DNA of 64,000 nt, taken from contig CM119372.1 in the NCBI GenBank assembly GCA_051294905.1, positions 31,064,001 to 31,128,000 on the forward strand. Reading direction: 5' to 3'. Position numbers and translations under genes: made by a program. This document shows, piece by piece, positions 59,713 to 64,000 of the stretch. The first letter of the stretch is position 1; each line of letters begins with the position of its first letter. The notes under the pieces are model-generated. The model had not been told where the DNA came from. It did not search any database and saw only the letters and a program-made list of their open reading frames with translations. Source of the DNA: Botryllus schlosseri (lineage: Eukaryota).

Positions 59713-62048
59713 CCATGTAGCCATACAATACACTTGTCTGGTATAGCCATGAGATTTACATTGGTTTTAGGCGGAAAAGAACTTCTTATTATTCGACAAT
59801 TCATGTAAAAACACTCATCTTTCAAAAATGTTATTTTTATAGTTGAATGAATTTCAATCGATTGAGACATTCAAAATTTGACAAATTTGATTGCAATAGA
59901 ACTAAAAGGAAACTCGGCAATTGCATGCGTATGGGTTCCCGAAATGAGTATCCAATGAAAAAACAAAAGCTATTAGCCAAGGAAAGCGCTGTTCTGATCA
60001 TCAGTGAATTTCGGAAACTCGAAAGTAACGATACGTTTCACATTGAAAAATTTAGCAGTTAATATATTATGTTTCAACTAACTACCAGTGATGTGTGGAT
60101 TCAATGCGCGACCACGCAATATCGTTCCATTGTTGCAGACCGAATCTGGGGTGGATACCTATTGGCGATGTCTGTAATGTCGACGGTGTCAGCATCTATA
60201 CTTCGGCAATATCACCTTAGCGATGTGATCCATACATTTCGGCCATACTATTGATTAAATTATTCATATATTTTAGGGATCTCATATTGTACTTTGACGG
60301 TGAATAAGTTTGTTAAATTCTAAAATATTATATTTATATACTAACACGATGCATGTGTCCTCTATGCATATTGTGTTTATCTCATAATTTTAACCTATTA
60401 TGCTTATCCTCTATACACCAAGTATAATAACATTTCTAGTCACTTATTTATAAACGTGACTTTTTCCTGCCAGACGGGAATTGCTGTAATAGTAAATGAC
60501 ATTTTCGCGACGTGTGTGAAATGTCAGTGAACAAGGTCGGCTCACTTTTAATTGGACAATTTCATCCTGTCAAATAGGACGTACTTGGAAAGACAATGAG
60601 TATACCTGTTGATGCCGAGGCTCGTGACGCCATCAAAATCCTGGAAATTGGTCGTCAGCACATTTGAGTTTGAGACCCCTGATCTAACCCTTGCAATAGC
60701 TCTAGTTCTCAACTTCCTATTCCCGACAAAAGCATTACGTCACCACAACGCTGATGGTACGCAATAAGCTGTACTGTCTGGCTACACTTCACCGCAAAGC
60801 AATCGATCTTCAATGACTGTCGCTGACATCCAACCTGCTACCGCGGCCAGCGCAACCTTTATAAAGACGTAATATTTATAAAAATATAGTAACTCGGTGG
60901 TATGACTCAAAACTTTAGGTCATAATAAACGGACGTAAAACAGTTGACTCAAGGTAAAACGTTTATTTAAATCGTTTTCACAGTATTGTAAAAAAAACAA
61001 GTGTCACAAACCAAAAGCTATGCAATAGTGAATCCCAACTATCACGGGATGAGCTAACGGGAATTGACAAATAATGATGGCTCCGAGAGCAGACTGTACC
61101 TGTAAGGGTGCGCTAATAATCGACGAGCAATTAACGTAGACGCGAAAAATTAACCTGATATCAGTTGAGCCCCGTTGCTGAAAATTCACGTGAAGAACCG
61201 AATTCTTAACTATATACTGAGATTATGATTGCCTACAAGCACGAATTCGTGCATAATCTATATATAACCCTACTTCAAGTCCATATTTATGGCGACTTGT
61301 TTTTGTTTAATCAAAGCATGCTTTCAAATCGAACGGATTATCTTCGCGTCCTAGTATCAATGCAGTAAATCAGATGCTACGGAGTCGTACAGGCTTTATT
61401 CATTGCATCATTACAGAATATGTCATCGGGAAGTTACATTCACTTCGGATCAACTTACTGGCTCATACTATTTCAATAGGGAATATTATGCACACTCTGA
61501 CATCGCCGCAGAAAAGTATAGGCTACGCTACATACGTTACCGTGTTATATTGCGTATTGCTATATTGGCTTCCAGGAAATAGCAGCCATTCCCGTACTGG
61601 TTGAATTCCCGAATTCTCCTTTGTGTGCATGACAGTAGTGTATAAGGATGATTTTATGGCCCCAATCAGAGCATGCCACGTCACAAGCTATGTTACGCAT
61701 CACAAACTTTTAAAAACGGCACTTTCACGGAATCGACCGACTACCTCTGACATCTGAACTAGGAACAATACCACTACACTACCGAGCCTAACCTAGCGCC
61801 CTACGCTTATTTGAGACTATAAATAAAAGTGTCATGAAATTTTCAAAGGGGTGTGCGAAATTCGCGGGTACCTACGAGGAATGAAATAACCACTGACACC
61901 TTCGATACCATCGAAGCCGTTTGTTTACGTAGTAACCGTAGAAAATTTCGCTGCACCATTTAAAAAAATTCAAAAACTGCACTTTCACAGACTTGAACCG
62001 ACGTGAATATGGCGGCGCTTCAGAATCGCGTTCGAAACATTTCGTAAA

Positions 62049-62688
62049 ATTTCTCGCCACTAGGTGGCGGTGACAATCCAATTCCAAAAACAGTTCCTTG
62101 TATTATTGATAGCTATCCAACGAGACCAAAACGAACTTCCTACGTAGTCGGGGACATGCCGGGGCTAGAAAAGTTATATAGCATATATAACATAGCATAT
62201 ATAACCGCTGACAAAAGTTATTAATTGTCACAGCGTTATAAACTCGTTTGGTCACGCGCTCGAGGCCCCGAACGTTTTGGGACCGCTCGAGGAAGGTTTC
62301 GTTTGGTCACATGTACCATTTCTATTATATAACAAAAGTTATTAATTCTCACAGCGTTAAAGACACGCGCCACGGTATCGCGCTCGAGGTTTCGGACGTT
62401 TTAGGTTACTTCGATAAGGTTTTCGTTAGGTCCCATGTCCGTATATAATTAATTCTCACAGCGTTAAAGACACGCGCCACGGTATCGCGCTCGAGGTTTC
62501 GGACGTTTTAGGTTACTTCGATAAGGTTTTCGTTAGGTCCCATGTCCGTATATAATATATAACTTTTCTGACCCCGGCATGTTCCCGACTAGGTAGGAAG
62601 TTCGTTTTGGTCTCGTTGGATAGCTATCAACAATACAAGGAACTGTTTTTGGAATTGGGTTGTCACCGCCACCTAGTGGCGGGAAGTT
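62049..62688. mobile_element. Foldback/MITE-like element with imperfect inverted repeats of about 130 bp and internal 107-bp tandem units
   Basis: About 62049-62180 is the reverse complement of about 62556-62688. Identical 107-bp units start at 62342 and 62449, with a diverged unit at about 62221. No TSD identified. Confidence 0.8.
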
Positions 62689-62726
62689 TGTTTACAAGAC
62701 GAGAGACTAAAATAACGCACAATTTT

Positions 62727-64000
62727 TTATTCTGGAATACAGGCATCAATCAATAGTCGTAACCCGACAAATATTGACACAACTGTGAACACACGAACAG
62801 CGAGATTTTTGTCTCGATAGAGAGGTCTACAGAGAGCGAGTTGTCGGCCGATTCGTAACTTCTCCTCTAATGCAAGGTGACGTTTCTCCAATTCTTCACG
62901 TGTTAGCGGGTTTGCTATCGTCGGCCGATCAAGATTCGGATGATCACATTCGAGCGAGCGTGCGAATTCAAGACCTTTGATTCTCGATACGTACTCGCAT
63001 CCAGGAAACCACTTTGCATGCTCCGTCCATGCCTCGTCGTTATCTTGCCAATGTTGAAGGGAACCATTACAATAGAAACATTTTGTTTTATCAGGTAATC
63101 CTGTATAATAGAACCCGGCCTTTGATAATTCCTCTGCACCAATTTTACCTGTCCAACCTTCGAATGTTGCTAGCCTTCGTTCATATGAAACCATGTCCGG
63201 ACTCAAGGGTTTCGAGCAGGGTAGTAATTGTGACAGATGACGTCGCTCTCTGAGAGAAGGATTCGGTGGTTCAATAGCTGTTTGCTGTATTTTTTTACAG
63301 AGTAATCCATCCAACCACAAACGCTCCCGATCGCTTAGTGGTATGTTACCGGAATATTCACCACGAACAAACTTGCAATGAGGAAAATGTTCCTTGTGAT
63401 AGTCAGAAACATCGCAAGTAGATCTCCAGCCACAAAGCACACCGGAACAGAATACACATTGCGTTCTTTGTTTATCCCCGAGATAGAAAGAACCATGTTT
63501 AGCCAACTCACCGACGAGAAGGGGAGAAGGATACGAGGGCCATTTTTCAAATGTTCTCCGACGGTGCGATTCGCGAAGCAAGTTGGAACATTTCAACAAA
63601 TTCTCATGCTCACGATCAACGATTTTAGCAAACTCAATGGGTTTCACACTTCTAAAGTCCGTAAACAGTCTTTTAAAATGTGATTCATGAATAGGTACGT
63701 TAAGTACGGCTCGACCATCTAACATAGCACAACCATTTGTATGCCAAATCCGAGTATGTTCAATACGATCAAAGGTCCAATCTTCAACGGTGCAAGCACA
63801 ACTGAAACATTTCACACGACCATCCGTCAAATAAAATCCACTAGCTGCCAAATCCGACAATCTGATGGGCGAATTGAATCGACAACCAGCAAAAGTAGCG
63901 AGTCTATAGAACTCGTAGTTATGTAGTCCCGACTCAACCATAGTTAAGACTAGCGAATGGAGCAATATTTCAGAAACTCGTCTTATATCTTGAGCCAGGC
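62727..64000 (-). CDS. Inhibitor-of-apoptosis (IAP/BIRC) protein with three BIR domains and no recognisable RING. First ATG 63941; frame is open to the window edge
   Basis: BIR2 CVFC-x16-H-x6-C. BIR3 CFYC-x16-H-x6-C with RLATF and LSKAGFYY motifs. BIR1 has RLATF, LAASGFY and VKCFSC but atypical His/Cys spacing. Single uninterrupted ORF of more than 1.2 kb. Confidence 0.93.
   Translation of the reverse strand, partial: LAQDIRRVSEILLHSLVLTMVESGLHNYEFYRLATFAGCRFNSPIRLSDLAASGFYLTDGRVKCFSCACTVEDWTFDRIEHTRIWHTNGCAMLDGRAVLNVPIHESHFKRLFTDFRSVKPIEFAKIVDREHENLLKCSNLLRESHRRRTFEKWPSYPSPLLVGELAKHGSFYLGDKQRTQCVFCSGVLCGWRSTCDVSDYHKEHFPHCKFVRGEYSGNIPLSDRERLWLDGLLCKKIQQTAIEPPNPSLRERRHLSQLLPCSKPLSPDMVSYERRLATFEGWTGKIGAEELSKAGFYYTGLPDKTKCFYCNGSLQHWQDNDEAWTEHAKWFPGCEYVSRIKGLEFARSLECDHPNLDRPTIANPLTREELEKRHLALEEKLRIGRQLALCRPLYRDKNLAVRVFTVVSIFVGLRLLIDACIPE

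Overview
AT-rich, intron-containing eukaryotic DNA, most likely from a marine invertebrate (possibly an ascidian; this is inference). It is dense with non-autonomous hAT-type MITEs (8-bp TSDs, several nested) and holds four innate-immunity/cell-death loci. The main finding is an 11,631-bp element (11073-22703) with the end signature of a Polinton/Maverick: 5'-AGTAGT...ACTACT-3' termini and a 6-bp target-site duplication CATCGC. It has very long, nearly identical 2,760-bp inverted arms and no polymerase, integrase, ATPase, protease or capsid ORF. Instead it carries spliced host-type cargo: an intact 2-exon Bcl-2-family gene and a 7-exon NLR-type LRR-only gene, arranged convergently. Each arm contains a tRNA-Leu(TAA) copy, and a perfect 313-bp-arm palindrome begins exactly at the inner edge of the left arm. 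Outside the element lie a multi-exon NACHT-LRR (NLR) gene on the minus strand with possible 3' lesions, an uninterrupted three-BIR IAP ORF whose RING appears replaced by a hydrophobic tail, a degenerate 28S rRNA fragment and a 5'-truncated CR1/L2-like LINE. Most short ORFs in the supplied track are spurious. All alignments and splice models were made by eye.
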